A stretch of DNA of 62,216 nt. Source: Pseudomonadota bacterium (GTDB taxonomy: Bacteria; Pseudomonadota; Alphaproteobacteria; RF32; CAG-239). The notes beneath the pieces are model-generated. The model ran no database searches. It saw only the letters and a program-made list of their open reading frames with translations, and had not been told where the DNA came from. Positions 20,219 to 31,207 of this stretch are shown in pieces. Where the stretch lies: positions 1 through 62,216 of the forward strand of contig CAKJXZ020000058.1 in the NCBI GenBank assembly GCA_918234285.1. The letters run 5' to 3'. The translations under genes were made by a program, and so were the position numbers. Position 1 is the stretch's first letter. Each line of letters begins with the position of its first letter.

Positions 20219-21505
20219 CTAATTTGAATGCTCAATCTGTTTTTTAACAGTTTTGGTCGGTTGTGAAAATATGGTATCAACTTTACTCAGAGCAACCAAA
20301 TTCTCATCTTTTTGCAATTCAGGGTTTGATTTTAAAGCATTTTTAATTGCACCGGCTATGTTGCAATTTTCCTTACTACCTTTTCTGAGGTTATACAAAC
20401 CTTCAAGCATTTCATGTTTTATTTCTGGGTTATCAGTATAGTGATATAATTTACATAACATTTCTACGTTTGCCAGATTTGCTTGGTAGTTTTCTGTAAA
20501 GAGTTTTTTCTCTTTTATTAATTTTTGATATACTTTAAAATAGTGGTTAAGAATATTATCCGATGAATTTTCAAAATCCAACGCTATATCCACATCAGCT
20601 TTCCGTACTATTTCCTGACCACTCACTTGTTTTTGTAAACATTTACCCGCAGCAATAATTGCAAGAGCATCCTTTGCCGAAAATCTTTTCATTAAATCAG
20701 GTAAATTGACAGACTGTCCTGTTCCGATTAACAACTTTAAGATTTCAGGATTTCTTGATTGTTGGAACATAATATCTTTTTCTGTTTCAGACAAAGATTT
20801 CATACCTTCCCGTTCCAAAATTCGCTTTTCAATTGCAGCCATACCTCGTTGGTATCCCGAAAATTTACCATCGGAAGAAACTATATCGGTAACATCTTTC
20901 CATTCATCATCTTCTCGACTAAAATCGCAAAAACACCGTTCTTTTTCTTCCTTAGTCATAAAATAGAATTCTCTTAAATCACTGTATTCGTAATTCGTTT
21001 TACCATCAGCAATCAGCCCAAACAATTTTGAACGTAGATTATCTCTTTCTGTATGAGAACGGTGATATGTTTCAATCCAATCAAGCACACCTCCAAATTC
21101 TTTATAATGTTTTATGATATGTAAATCCTTGCCTAAACTTTTTCCTGAAACAAGAGGAACACGAGCGTTAAATGAATTACTGCATTCCGTTTTTTTCATC
21201 ACTCTGTTTATATCATAAAAAGGTGATTTTCTTTCTTGTGCAACAATATCTTTAAACCATTCAGCTCCATTCCTTTCTGCAAAGAATTGCATTTTTGATA
21301 AAATTTCAGGATAATCATAATATAAAATTTTAATTACTTCACTATCACTATTTTGTTCAAATCTATGAGGGTTTTTAGAATCAAAAAATGAATCAAAGCC
21401 GGCATTCTGTGACGATTCAGATTGATGTTCTCTTGAAAAATCTAAAATATCTCGTATTCTAGCAGATAAAAAAAGAACCTCATCATATAAATCTCTATTT
21501 TTCAT
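20219..21505 (-). CDS. Hypothetical AT-rich cargo protein
   Basis: 428-aa ORF, AAGGA RBS, TTGACT-16-TAAAAT promoter at 21566-21593 (minus); visibly more AT-rich than housekeeping genes. Confidence 0.7.
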   Translation of the reverse strand: MKNRDLYDEVLFLSARIRDILDFSREHQSESSQNAGFDSFFDSKNPHRFEQNSDSEVIKILYYDYPEILSKMQFFAERNGAEWFKDIVAQERKSPFYDINRVMKKTECSNSFNARVPLVSGKSLGKDLHIIKHYKEFGGVLDWIETYHRSHTERDNLRSKLFGLIADGKTNYEYSDLREFYFMTKEEKERCFCDFSREDDEWKDVTDIVSSDGKFSGYQRGMAAIEKRILEREGMKSLSETEKDIMFQQSRNPEILKLLIGTGQSVNLPDLMKRFSAKDALAIIAAGKCLQKQVSGQEIVRKADVDIALDFENSSDNILNHYFKVYQKLIKEKKLFTENYQANLANVEMLCKLYHYTDNPEIKHEMLEGLYNLRKGSKENCNIAGAIKNALKSNPELQKDENLVALSKVDTIFSQPTKTVKKQIEHSN

Positions 21506-21696
21506 CTCTTTTATCCTTACTCAGTGGTAATTGTCCAAATACAAAGAATCACTTCCGATAAATTCATTTTACCCTAGTCTAGACAAAAGTCAAGTATTTT
21601 TTACAAAAAAACGATTTTTTCTGATTTGCCATGGAAAATTTCGTAAAATTTTCCAAAATTAAAACTTTATACCGCATTTTATGAAGCGTATTATTC

Positions 21697-21759
21697 GCCA
21701 TGCCGGATTTAGTCCGGCATCTCATACGGCAAAGATACCGGCGCTGCATCCGGTATGAC
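21697..21759. repeat. REP/REPIN-like inverted pair of palindromes
   Basis: GCCATGCCGGA-TTTAG-TCCGGCATCT and AGATACCGG-CGCTGCAT-CCGGTATGAC. Confidence 0.6.
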
Positions 21760-21820
21760 AATACAACAGTTATTGGTGTCTTGCTCCGTAAGTTTCGCGA
21801 TTATATCGCTCAACAACATC

Positions 21821-22379
21821 GCTTCGGGCACTCGGTTGCAATTTGTTCGCTGCGCTTCGCTTTCGCTAGCTTGCTCAAAAGCAACCTTCGCCTCTTGCGC
21901 ACCTTCTCGCTTAAATTTACTTATTTATTTTTTCAGTAGCAAATTTAAGCTTCGGTCACTCGGTTGCGATTTTTTCGCTGTGCGTCGCTATCGCTGGCTT
22001 GCTCAAAAGCAACCTTCGCCTCTTGCGCTGAAAAAATGCCATTAAGGGCATTTTTTCATGCGCGAGCCCCCTCCACTCTCGTGTCGGGTGGTTCGTCCCC
22101 TACCGCCAATAAAAAAAGCTCCCGCATAGGGGAGCTTTTTTATTGGTGGTCAGAGAGGGGATCGTCTTGCTGCGCCTTCGGCTCGCTTCGGTCACTCGGT
22201 TGCGATTTTTTCGCTGTGCGGCGCTTGCGCTGGCTTGCTCAAAAGCAACCTTCGCCTCTTGCGCTTAAAAAATGCCATTAAGGGCATTTTTTCATGCGCG
22301 AGCCCCCTCCACGTCGTGTCGGATGGTTCGTTCCCCTATCACCAATAAAAAAACTCCCTGCAAGAGGGAGTTTTCTTAT
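21821..22379. repeat. tRNA-associated repeats, copies 3 (partial, 21821-21900), 4 and 5
   Basis: tRNA-Phe 3' 21-mer at 22144-22164 lies exactly 236 bp from the real tRNA end at 22380; core palindromes repeated. Confidence 0.92.
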
Positions 22380-22455
<76 letters not shown>

Positions 22456-22738
22456 ATCGGTTCGGAATGCTTTATATTATAGTTTTTCCCAAATGTCTAT
22501 ACTTTTTTTGCATAATTGTGCATTTTTTTACCTATACTCTTTATCTTGATATATATGGTAAATCTTCCTTCAGCCGAAAATACGCGCATTTTAAAAATTT
22601 AAAAAATCGCAAAAATTCGCATTTTTTTGCACTTTTTTGCATAAAATTGATTAAAAATTGCACATTTTTGTTGTTTTTTTGCAAAAATGGGATATAGATA
22701 CACACAATGTGATTTACATGAAAGGAAAAGAAGTGAAA

Positions 22739-23209
22739 ATGGCAAATCCGATTGATACAAAGACTATCAGTAAATTGGCGGAAATTCTTGATAAAAACCA
22801 ATTAACGGGCCTAAATTACGAAGATGAAAACTGCAAAATTTCGCTGTCGCGTGATATTGCCGGCGGTTATGTCCCGACCTACGCGCCGATTGCGGCACAA
22901 CCGGCTCCGGTTGCGGCAACTCCGAGTGCCGTAACAGAAGAACCGGCTAAAGAAGAGGAAGATTTTTCCAACTCTCCGAACGCGGTAAAATCGCCGATGG
23001 TCGGTGTGGTTTACCTCTCCAGCAACCCGAATTCCCCGACGTATGTAAAAGAAGGAGACACGGTTGAAGTCGGCGACACGGTTTGTTTGATTGAGGCAAT
23101 GAAAACTTTCAATCCGGTTAAGGCACACAAAGGCGGCCGAGTTACCAAAATTTTAGTGGAAACCGGCGAACCGGTGGAATATGGCGAACCTTTGATTATC
23201 ATTGAATAA
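22739..23209 (+). CDS. accB: Acetyl-CoA carboxylase biotin carboxyl carrier protein
   Basis: SPMVG and IEAMKT biotinylation motif; start at MANPID preferred over ORF-track 22658. Confidence 0.96.
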   Translation: MANPIDTKTISKLAEILDKNQLTGLNYEDENCKISLSRDIAGGYVPTYAPIAAQPAPVAATPSAVTEEPAKEEEDFSNSPNAVKSPMVGVVYLSSNPNSPTYVKEGDTVEVGDTVCLIEAMKTFNPVKAHKGGRVTKILVETGEPVEYGEPLIIIE

Positions 23210-23223
23210 ACACAGGATTAATT

Positions 23224-24570
23224 ATGTTTGAAAAAGTTTTAATAGCGAATCGTGGCGAAGTAGCATTGCGTATTCATCGTGCCTGTCGTGAAATGGGTAT
23301 CCGTACGGTGGCGGTGCATTCCGAAGCCGATGCCAACGCCATGCATGTGCGCTTGGCGGATGAAGCCGTATGCATCGGACCTGCTCGTTCGGCGGATTCA
23401 TATTTAAATAAACCGGCGATTATTTCGGCGGCTGTGATTACCGGTGCCGACGCCATCCATCCGGGGTTCGGTTTTCTTTCGGAAAATGCCGATTTTGCCG
23501 ATATGGTAGAAAAACACGGTATTACTTTTATCGGCCCGACGGTGGAACAAATGCGGTTGATGGGCGATAAAATCACGGCGCGTAAGGCCGCTAAAGAAGC
23601 CGGTTTGCCGATTACCGAGGGTTCTCCGGCGTTGGAAAGCGTGGAAGATGCCAAGAACTGGGCAGAAAAAATCGGCTATCCGATTATAATCAAAGCCAAA
23701 GACGGCGGCGGCGGTAAAGGCATGAAAATTGCCTACTCCGATGCCGATATCGAAGAAGCCTTCACCATGGCCAAAGCCGAAGCGAAATCGTCGTTTCCGA
23801 GCGATGTGGTGTATATGGAAAAATATTTGCAACATCCGCGCCATATCGAAATGCAAATCTTGGCCGACAAATACGGCAACGTGGTGCATTTGGGCGAGCG
23901 CGACTGCTCAATACAACGCAACAATCAGAAGGTGATTGAAGAATGTCCTTCTCCGGCGCTCAATCAAAGTCAGCGCCACGAAATCGGCGAAATTGTGCGC
24001 AAAGCAATCGCCAAAATCGGTTATTGCAATGCCGGCACGCTGGAATTTTTATATGAAAACGGTAAGTTTTATTTTATGGAAATGAACACGCGTTTGCAGG
24101 TGGAACACCCGATTACGGAAGCTGTTACCGGCATTGATATTGTCAAGGAACAAATCCGTATTGCTTCAGGCGCACATTTAGGATATACACAGGATGATAT
24201 TACCTTCAACGGTCATGCCATTGAATGCCGTATTAATGCCGAAGATCCGACAACCTTTACGCCGTGTCCGGGCAAAATTACCGAATGGCACGCACCGGGA
24301 GGTTTGGGAGTTCGCGTTGATTCCGAGATTTATTCCGGCTACACAATTCCGCCGTTTTATGATAGCATGATTGCCAAGTTAATTGTTCATGCCAACACCC
24401 GTAATGCCGCACTGATGCGCTTGCGCCGTGCTTTGGAAGAATTTGTGATTATGGGGGTTAAAACCACCATTCCGTTGCATCAGGAAATTATTGCACAACC
24501 GGAATATTTGGATGGGCAATACGATATTCACTGGCTCGAAAACTTTATGAAATCGCAAGCCGAAAAATAA
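23224..24570 (+). CDS. accC: Biotin carboxylase
   Basis: LIANRGE, GGGGKGM, ERDCSIQR, EMNTRLQVEHP. Confidence 0.98.
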   Translation: MFEKVLIANRGEVALRIHRACREMGIRTVAVHSEADANAMHVRLADEAVCIGPARSADSYLNKPAIISAAVITGADAIHPGFGFLSENADFADMVEKHGITFIGPTVEQMRLMGDKITARKAAKEAGLPITEGSPALESVEDAKNWAEKIGYPIIIKAKDGGGGKGMKIAYSDADIEEAFTMAKAEAKSSFPSDVVYMEKYLQHPRHIEMQILADKYGNVVHLGERDCSIQRNNQKVIEECPSPALNQSQRHEIGEIVRKAIAKIGYCNAGTLEFLYENGKFYFMEMNTRLQVEHPITEAVTGIDIVKEQIRIASGAHLGYTQDDITFNGHAIECRINAEDPTTFTPCPGKITEWHAPGGLGVRVDSEIYSGYTIPPFYDSMIAKLIVHANTRNAALMRLRRALEEFVIMGVKTTIPLHQEIIAQPEYLDGQYDIHWLENFMKSQAEK

Positions 24571-24622
24571 CGGATTTTGTGATTTTACGGCGGTCGACGA
24601 CAAAGTCGGCCGCTTTTCTTAT

Positions 24623-24991
24623 TTATAAAGCGGCGGTTAATGTTTTAATTGTTTGTTTGATTAACTCTTTATGCGCAACGATAATCTTGTTTTTTGCGTT
24701 CAGACAATTATTAAGCTCGGTCAAAATCCCCGCGGCTTCGTCCGGCTCGTTGACGGCAATTTTCCGCAGATAATATAAGGCAGCCACCAAGATTTCGGTT
24801 TTGGGAGAATAAAGCTGTTTAACTATTTCCTGATACGGCGGCAGTTGCGACAAATCAATATCGTTGTCGGCAGAAATATAGTTGCGCTGAGCATTCAGTG
24901 CTTGATTGGCGGAGAGCGTACTGCCTCCGTTTTTTTTGTTTTTGTAATTAATCAGACCGGTAAACGTATCAAATAAAGATTTTTGCGCCAT
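24623..24991 (-). CDS. Hypothetical protein
   Basis: Likely start MAQKSLF after a GAGGGG RBS; no recognisable motif. Confidence 0.55.
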   Translation of the reverse strand: MAQKSLFDTFTGLINYKNKKNGGSTLSANQALNAQRNYISADNDIDLSQLPPYQEIVKQLYSPKTEILVAALYYLRKIAVNEPDEAAGILTELNNCLNAKNKIIVAHKELIKQTIKTLTAAL

Positions 24992-25163
24992 TTCTTTTCC
25001 CCTCATAATCAATATAACCGTAAAATCATAAAAATAAAGCCAATTTTTGTGCCTGAAAGCTTGATTTGTGCATAATGTCGGCGGAAAGCGCAAAATTTGT
25101 CACTTTTTTGCATTTTATGGCTTGACAAGGCAGGAAAAATATATTATCTAGCAGTTAATCTAT

Positions 25164-25240
<77 letters not shown>

Positions 25241-25245
25241 CTTAG

Positions 25246-25272
25246 AAACGCCCCTTCATGGGGCGTTTTTTT
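25246..25272 (+). terminator. Terminator after tRNA-fMet
   Basis: AAACGCCCC-TTCAT-GGGGCGTTT followed by a T-tract. Confidence 0.85.
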
Positions 25273-25515
25273 AGTGGTTGCAAGGATTTGAAGTGACGAA
25301 AAAGTTCGCAACCGTCGTACGGTCGGTTCACGCCAAGCGAAAGCCGGACGAAATAACAATGATATATCCTTTTAAGGGGATTACTGCCGTTTTAATATTC
25401 ATTTTCTGTTTTCAGCATTTTAATTCGTTGTAATACCTGTTTTTTTAACTTGATTTAGCTGAAAACTTTATTTAGACTACATCCAGTTTGTTATAATACT
25501 ATCGGAAGGTCTGTC

Positions 25516-26652
25516 ATGAAAATTATAAAAATCGAAAGCGCAAAAATTTATCTTAATGTGTTATATGCCATTTGCCTTGTTTTGTTCGGCTACTATTTAA
25601 GTAACCGCTTTTCAGCAAAAACAGCCGATGTTATGACGGTTGTACCGTCGGTGCAAGTTAAAGGGCTGAAAAAAGAAGATGTTTCCATCAAGAAAAAATT
25701 TATTGCGCAAGTGGAAGCCATCAACAGTGTTGATGTTATTCCGCAAGTTTCCGGCTATATCGAAGAAATCAAGTTTGATAACGGCGCCGAAGTTAAAACG
25801 GGCGATGTTTTGTTTGTTATTGAGCAACGCCGCTATAAAGATAATTTGAAGGCTGCCGAGGCCACAACCAAACAGTATGCCGCTGATTTTAAGCGTTTGA
25901 CCTCGTTACACGAGAAAAAGTTTATTTCTGATAAAGACTTGGAAGTTTCCGAAAGTAATTTGCGTAACGCCGAGGCCGCCGAAGACTTGGCGAGATTGGA
26001 TTTGGAATATACCGAGGTTAAATCGCCGATTGACGGTGTAATCGGCAAAGCTCTGGTGACAGTCGGTAACTTGGTGAGTATGAACACGCAAAAACTGGCC
26101 AGAATCGTGCAAATCGACCCTATCCGTTTGGTATTTTCCGTAACCGATAAACAACGTATGGAAGTCAGAAAAGATCTCAGTGAAGAAGATAGCGAACTCT
26201 TTGTGGATATTGAACTTTCCGACGGTGAAATAATTTCGCAACCTGCCGACAGAATTTTCGTCGGTAACGAAGTAAATACCACCACGGCCACCATTCCGGT
26301 ACACATTGATATTGACAATACGAACGGTGATTTGGTGCCGGGAAACTATGTCAATATATATATACGTTTAGCTCAACCGCAACTGACTTTGACCGTGCCG
26401 CAGATTGCACTTTCGGAAGACTCTCACGGCACTTATGTTATGACGGTTAAAAAGACCGGCGACGGCGACAAATACATAGCCCAACAAAAGTATATTAAAC
26501 TCGGCAATGTTTTGGAAGACAGCCAGATTGTACTTTCCGGACTGGAAGAAAATGATTTGGTTGTGGTCGAGGGTATTCAAAAGGTGCGTGACGGTGCCGA
26601 AATCAAACCGATTTTCGTTGATGTTGACAACAACAATAATAAAGGGGAATAA
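25516..26652 (+). CDS. RND efflux periplasmic adaptor (MFP)
   Basis: PQVSGYI, GDVLFVIE, LEYTEVKSPIDG, LVPGNYV. Confidence 0.92.
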   Translation: MKIIKIESAKIYLNVLYAICLVLFGYYLSNRFSAKTADVMTVVPSVQVKGLKKEDVSIKKKFIAQVEAINSVDVIPQVSGYIEEIKFDNGAEVKTGDVLFVIEQRRYKDNLKAAEATTKQYAADFKRLTSLHEKKFISDKDLEVSESNLRNAEAAEDLARLDLEYTEVKSPIDGVIGKALVTVGNLVSMNTQKLARIVQIDPIRLVFSVTDKQRMEVRKDLSEEDSELFVDIELSDGEIISQPADRIFVGNEVNTTTATIPVHIDIDNTNGDLVPGNYVNIYIRLAQPQLTLTVPQIALSEDSHGTYVMTVKKTGDGDKYIAQQKYIKLGNVLEDSQIVLSGLEENDLVVVEGIQKVRDGAEIKPIFVDVDNNNNKGE

Positions 26653-26654
26653 AG

Positions 26655-29600
26655 ATGTTTTCGGCTTTTTTTATCAAAAGACCACGGTTTTCCTTTGTTA
26701 TTTCCATCTTAACCGTTTTGGTCGGTATTATAGCGCTGTTCAGTTTGCCGATTGCGCTGTATCCTGATGTTACTCCGCCGCAAATTACGGTAAGCGCCAC
26801 ATATCCGGGGGCGAGTGCCGATGTGATTGCCCGCACGGTAGGTATTCCGATTGAGGATGAAATCAACGGTATTGAAGATATGTTGTATATGGATTCTTCT
26901 TCCGAGGATTCCACCTACACTCTGACCGTTACCTTTGAAATCGGAACCGATCCGGATACGGCACAAGTTAAGGTACAAAACCGCGTGCAACAAGCAAACT
27001 CAAAATTGCCGAACGAAGTGACGCGTCAGGGCCTTGAAGTAGAGCGAAAATCTTCAAGTACGTTGGCATTTATAGTGTTTTCTTCAAAAACGGGAAAAAC
27101 AGATGAAAAGCAAATTGCCGACTATGTTTACAATAATATCGAGCGTGCCCTTTCCAGACTGCCGGGTGTGGGCTCGGTTGATGTTTATTCATCGCAGCTC
27201 GGTATCCGTATATGGCTGAATGCCGACAAGATGGCGGCGACTCAAATTACCGCCTCCGAAATCAATCAGGCCGTTTCTTCACAAAACTATCAACCGGCAT
27301 TGGGAAAAGTCGGTACAGCTCCGACCGAAAGCAATACTCCGATGGTATATACCTTGCAAACCAACGGCCGCATGTCGACGGTTGAGGAATTTGAAAATAT
27401 TATCGTCCGCACGGCCGGCGATGGCAGTGTGGTGCGCTTAAAAGACGTGGCCAGAGTGGAACTCGGACAGGAAAGTTACGCTATGTCCAGCTTATATAAC
27501 GGCAGTTCCGCCGTTTCGCTCTCCATCAGCCTTTCGACCGGCGCCAATGCTCTGCAAACAATGCAAGAGGTGGAAAACACCTTAAAGGAATTATCCAGGT
27601 CTTTTCCTGAGGATTTGGAGTATAGAATTTCTTACGATTCCACCGCATACATCCACGCTTCCATTGAAGAAGTGGTGTTTACGCTGATTTTAACATTGAT
27701 GCTGGTTGTCGGTGTTTGCTACTTCTTTTTGCAAGACTTTTATTCCACGCTTATACCGACGCTTACCATTCCGGTTTCCATTTTGGGTACGTTTGCCGTC
27801 ATTTCAATGCTCGGATACAGTATCAATATGTTTACGCTGTTTGCCATGTTGCTTGCCATCGGCGCCGTGGTGGATGACGCCATTGTGGTGGTGGAACGTG
27901 TGGTATATTTGATGCAAAACGAAAATATGAAAGCCAAAGATGCCACTTTAAAAGCCATGGGAGAAATTACCGGCGCTTTGATTGCCACTTCTTGTGTGTT
28001 GTTGGCGATTTTCGTTCCGGTGGGTTTTATGAGCGGTATCGTCGGTAAAATTTATCAGCAATTTTCGGTTACAATTTCCGTTGCCATTATGTTCTCGCTC
28101 ATTAACGCACTGACCTTATCTCCGGCATTGTGCTCGTTGCTGATTAAAAAGATAAAACCGCGCACAGAAGGTTTCTGGTTTAAGGTAAACAGCTTTATTT
28201 CGAGGATAATCCATATATATTCCGTGGTTGTGTCGTTTATTGCGAAAAAACTTACCGTTGTTTTTGCAATTTTTGCGACGCTTTGTGTTTTGGTATTCAT
28301 CTTATTTGCCACTGCGCAATCATCTTTTATTCCGGATGAAGACCAAGGTTTGATTGTAATGAGTATGCAGTTGCCGGAAGGTGCTTCCAAAAAGCGTACC
28401 GAAACTTTGATAAAACGAGCCAATAAAATAATCATGGATGAGCCGAGTGTCGATAATGCAACCGATGTTGTGGGTTATTCCATGCTCGGCGGCAGAGGCG
28501 AAAACATTGCCATGGCATTTATTGTGTTAAAACCGTGGGAGGAGCGCAAGAGTATTTCCGAATATTCCACCAACATTTTGCGCCGGTTACAAGCCCAAAT
28601 GTCGCAGTTTCCGGAAGCACAATTCCAATTTTTTGAAATGCCGGCAATTTCCGGTATCGGTACCGCCAATGGTTTGGATATTCGTTTCCAATCCCGTCAG
28701 AGTATGGATTATCAAAAACTTGATGCGTCGCTGCAAGGTTTTCTGGCTCATTTAAATCAGCTGCCGGATATCGCTTATGCGTATAGCACTTTCAACGCCA
28801 AAACCCCGAATATTTTCTTGGATATTAATCGCGAAAAGGCCGAGAGCATGAAAGTTCCGATGAACAATATTTTCGCGACTTTGGAGACATTCTTGGGTTC
28901 GGCCTATATCAATGATATTAACTTGGGAACGCAGGTGAATAAGGTGATGATGCAATCCGATTGGATGTATCGTGACAATATTGACAGCATCAACGAGTTG
29001 CACGTTATGAATAATGACGGTGCTATGGTGCCGATGAAGGGACTTGTCGATTTGCGCAAAGTTCTGGCTCCGCGCTCGGTTGAACGCTATAATCAATTCC
29101 CTGCCGCCACGATTACGGCCGTACAGGCCGACGGATCCTCTACCGGTCAGGCAATGGATGCGGTGGAAAAATTGAAAGATGTTCTGCCTGACGGCTTCAA
29201 TTTTGAGTGGTCAACCATGAGCTATCAGGAAAAAACATCAAGCGGCCAAATCGGAGCGGTGCTTTTGCTGTCGCTCGTTTTCGCCTATCTGTTTTTGGTG
29301 GCACAATATGAAAGCTTTATTGTACCGATTCCGGTGATTTTATCGTTGGTAATGGCGGTCAGTGGTGCTTTAACCGGGCTGTTTTTTGCCGGTTTACCGC
29401 TCAGTATTTATGCTCAACTCGGCATTATTCTGTTGATTGGTATGGCCAGTAAAAACGCCATTTTGATTGTGGAATTTGCCCGTGACGAGCGAGCCAAAGG
29501 CGCAACCATCGTAAATGCGGCAGTGCGCGGCTTAAAAGAACGCTTCCGTGCCGTATTGATGACCGCTTCGGCGTTTGTTTTGGGCGTTTGGCCAATGGTT

Positions 29601-29777
29601 ATTGCCTCCGGTGCCGCCGCAGCCAGCCGTCGCTCTTTGGGTATTCCGGTATTTTGGGGAATGCTTATCGGCACTTTGGGCGGCTTAATGTTAATCCCGA
29701 TGATTTATGTATTAATTCAGTCATTGAGCGAAAAGTTTTTCGCCACAATACACAAATTTAAAAAGTCGGAAGAATAA
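26655..29777 (+). CDS. HAE1-type RND efflux permease
   Basis: FFIKRP, LYPDVTPP, GAVVDDAIVVVE, KNAILIVEFA, RFRAVLMT; 1040 aa. Confidence 0.96.
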   Translation: MFSAFFIKRPRFSFVISILTVLVGIIALFSLPIALYPDVTPPQITVSATYPGASADVIARTVGIPIEDEINGIEDMLYMDSSSEDSTYTLTVTFEIGTDPDTAQVKVQNRVQQANSKLPNEVTRQGLEVERKSSSTLAFIVFSSKTGKTDEKQIADYVYNNIERALSRLPGVGSVDVYSSQLGIRIWLNADKMAATQITASEINQAVSSQNYQPALGKVGTAPTESNTPMVYTLQTNGRMSTVEEFENIIVRTAGDGSVVRLKDVARVELGQESYAMSSLYNGSSAVSLSISLSTGANALQTMQEVENTLKELSRSFPEDLEYRISYDSTAYIHASIEEVVFTLILTLMLVVGVCYFFLQDFYSTLIPTLTIPVSILGTFAVISMLGYSINMFTLFAMLLAIGAVVDDAIVVVERVVYLMQNENMKAKDATLKAMGEITGALIATSCVLLAIFVPVGFMSGIVGKIYQQFSVTISVAIMFSLINALTLSPALCSLLIKKIKPRTEGFWFKVNSFISRIIHIYSVVVSFIAKKLTVVFAIFATLCVLVFILFATAQSSFIPDEDQGLIVMSMQLPEGASKKRTETLIKRANKIIMDEPSVDNATDVVGYSMLGGRGENIAMAFIVLKPWEERKSISEYSTNILRRLQAQMSQFPEAQFQFFEMPAISGIGTANGLDIRFQSRQSMDYQKLDASLQGFLAHLNQLPDIAYAYSTFNAKTPNIFLDINREKAESMKVPMNNIFATLETFLGSAYINDINLGTQVNKVMMQSDWMYRDNIDSINELHVMNNDGAMVPMKGLVDLRKVLAPRSVERYNQFPAATITAVQADGSSTGQAMDAVEKLKDVLPDGFNFEWSTMSYQEKTSSGQIGAVLLLSLVFAYLFLVAQYESFIVPIPVILSLVMAVSGALTGLFFAGLPLSIYAQLGIILLIGMASKNAILIVEFARDERAKGATIVNAAVRGLKERFRAVLMTASAFVLGVWPMVIASGAAAASRRSLGIPVFWGMLIGTLGGLMLIPMIYVLIQSLSEKFFATIHKFKKSEE

Positions 29778-29889
29778 GCGCAAATAAACCGAAATCCGCC
29801 GGCACAACGTCGGCGGATTTTTTGTACGGAATTTCAGAACAAAAAAATCCCGAAACTTCACGCCTCGGGACTTTTTTATCAAGAACGAA

Positions 29890-30375
29890 TTATTCCTGAT
29901 TGTATGCTTTAGCCTGTTTTTTAGCTTCTTCCGAACTTCTGGCAACGTTAACCAAAATGGTTTGCGTTACTTCCGGATGCAGGTTCAATTTTACTTGGTA
30001 AATGCCCAAATCTTTAATCGGCTTTTCCAAATAAATGTAACGACGCTCAACATTGTAGCCGGCTTCTTTAATAGCCGAAGCAATATCGCGAATTGTTACG
30101 GAACCGTAAAGTTGACCGGTTTCGGCAGCCTGACGAATCAGAATTGCGTTAAAGCCGTTCAAAGAAGCTGCTAATTCGGATGCTTTGCCTAAAAGCTCTT
30201 GGTTATGCAATTCCAATGCCGCTTTTTGTGCTTCAAAATAAGCAACGTTGGCATCGGTAGCACGCAAGGCCTTTTTCTGCGGCAACAGGTAGTTACGGGC
30301 ATAACCGGTTTTAACGGTTACTTTGTCGCCCATTTTGCCTAATTTTTCAACGTGTTCGAGTAAAATAACTTCCAT
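29890..30375 (-). CDS. rplI: 50S ribosomal protein L9
   Basis: MEVILLE...VKTGYARNYLLPQ...GQLYGSV. Confidence 0.98.
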   Translation of the reverse strand: MEVILLEHVEKLGKMGDKVTVKTGYARNYLLPQKKALRATDANVAYFEAQKAALELHNQELLGKASELAASLNGFNAILIRQAAETGQLYGSVTIRDIASAIKEAGYNVERRYIYLEKPIKDLGIYQVKLNLHPEVTQTILVNVARSSEEAKKQAKAYNQE

Positions 30376-30384
30376 GATACCCTC

Positions 30385-30609
30385 CTACATAGCAACATAC
30401 GGCAACAAAGCGATATAGCGAGCGCGTTTGATGGCGCGAGCCAATTCTCTCTGCTTTTTAGCCGAAACAGAAGTGATACGCGACGGAATAATTTTACCTT
30501 TTTCCGAAATGTAGCGTGAAAGCAATTTAACATCTTTATAGTCAATTTTCAGCGCATTTTCGCCTGAAAACGGACAAGATTTTCTTTTGAAAAATGTTTG
30601 TTTAGCCAT
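30385..30609 (-). CDS. rpsR: 30S ribosomal protein S18
   Basis: [25 protein letters not shown]...AIKRAR. Confidence 0.98.
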   Translation of the reverse strand: MAKQTFFKRKSCPFSGENALKIDYKDVKLLSRYISEKGKIIPSRITSVSAKKQRELARAIKRARYIALLPYVAM

Positions 30610-30624
30610 TGTTAAATCTCCTTA

Positions 30625-30963
30625 TTAAGCTTCGGCAACGGCAGAATCTTCTTCGATATCTGCGGTTTCGTTGTTGAACTCATCAACTTTAACCGTCATA
30701 TAACGAATAACATCTTCGTTAAGGCGGACAAGTCTTTCATATTCGGAAATTGCGCTTGACGGAGCAACAATGTTTAACAAAACATAGTGACCTTTGCGGT
30801 TTTTCTTAATGCGATAAGCGAGATTTTTCAAACCCCAATTATCAACTTTTACGACCTCGCCGCCTTCTTTTTTAATTACTTCGCTCAAATCAGAAACGAG
30901 AGAATTAACTTGTGCGGCACCAAGGTCTTGACGTGCAATCAGCACGCTTTCATAGTTAGCCAT
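30625..30963 (-). CDS. rpsF: 30S ribosomal protein S6
   Basis: YESVLIARQD...WGLKNLAYRIKKNRKGHY. Confidence 0.98.
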   Translation of the reverse strand: MANYESVLIARQDLGAAQVNSLVSDLSEVIKKEGGEVVKVDNWGLKNLAYRIKKNRKGHYVLLNIVAPSSAISEYERLVRLNEDVIRYMTVKVDEFNNETADIEEDSAVAEA

Positions 30964-31207
30964 ATTTTAATATCTCCTTATGGATTACTCAACAAATGGC
31001 AGACGCCGCGGCACTTATGACGCAACATCGGCCGGTTAATGTATAGCCGAATGACACTGCATCCGGCAAGGGACAAGCGCCAATATACACGAAAATAACG
31101 TAAATGCAAGCATTTTTTTATTAAAAAAAGCGGCGAGGCAAATAACTGTTGACAAAAAAGGAGAAAAGTGTAAACTTATAGTATAATTTATCATAAGGAG
31201 TAAACAG

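Noticed and set aside
25516-29777. RND pump without an adjacent outer-membrane factor
   Set aside because: Common arrangement; a TolC homologue is usually encoded elsewhere
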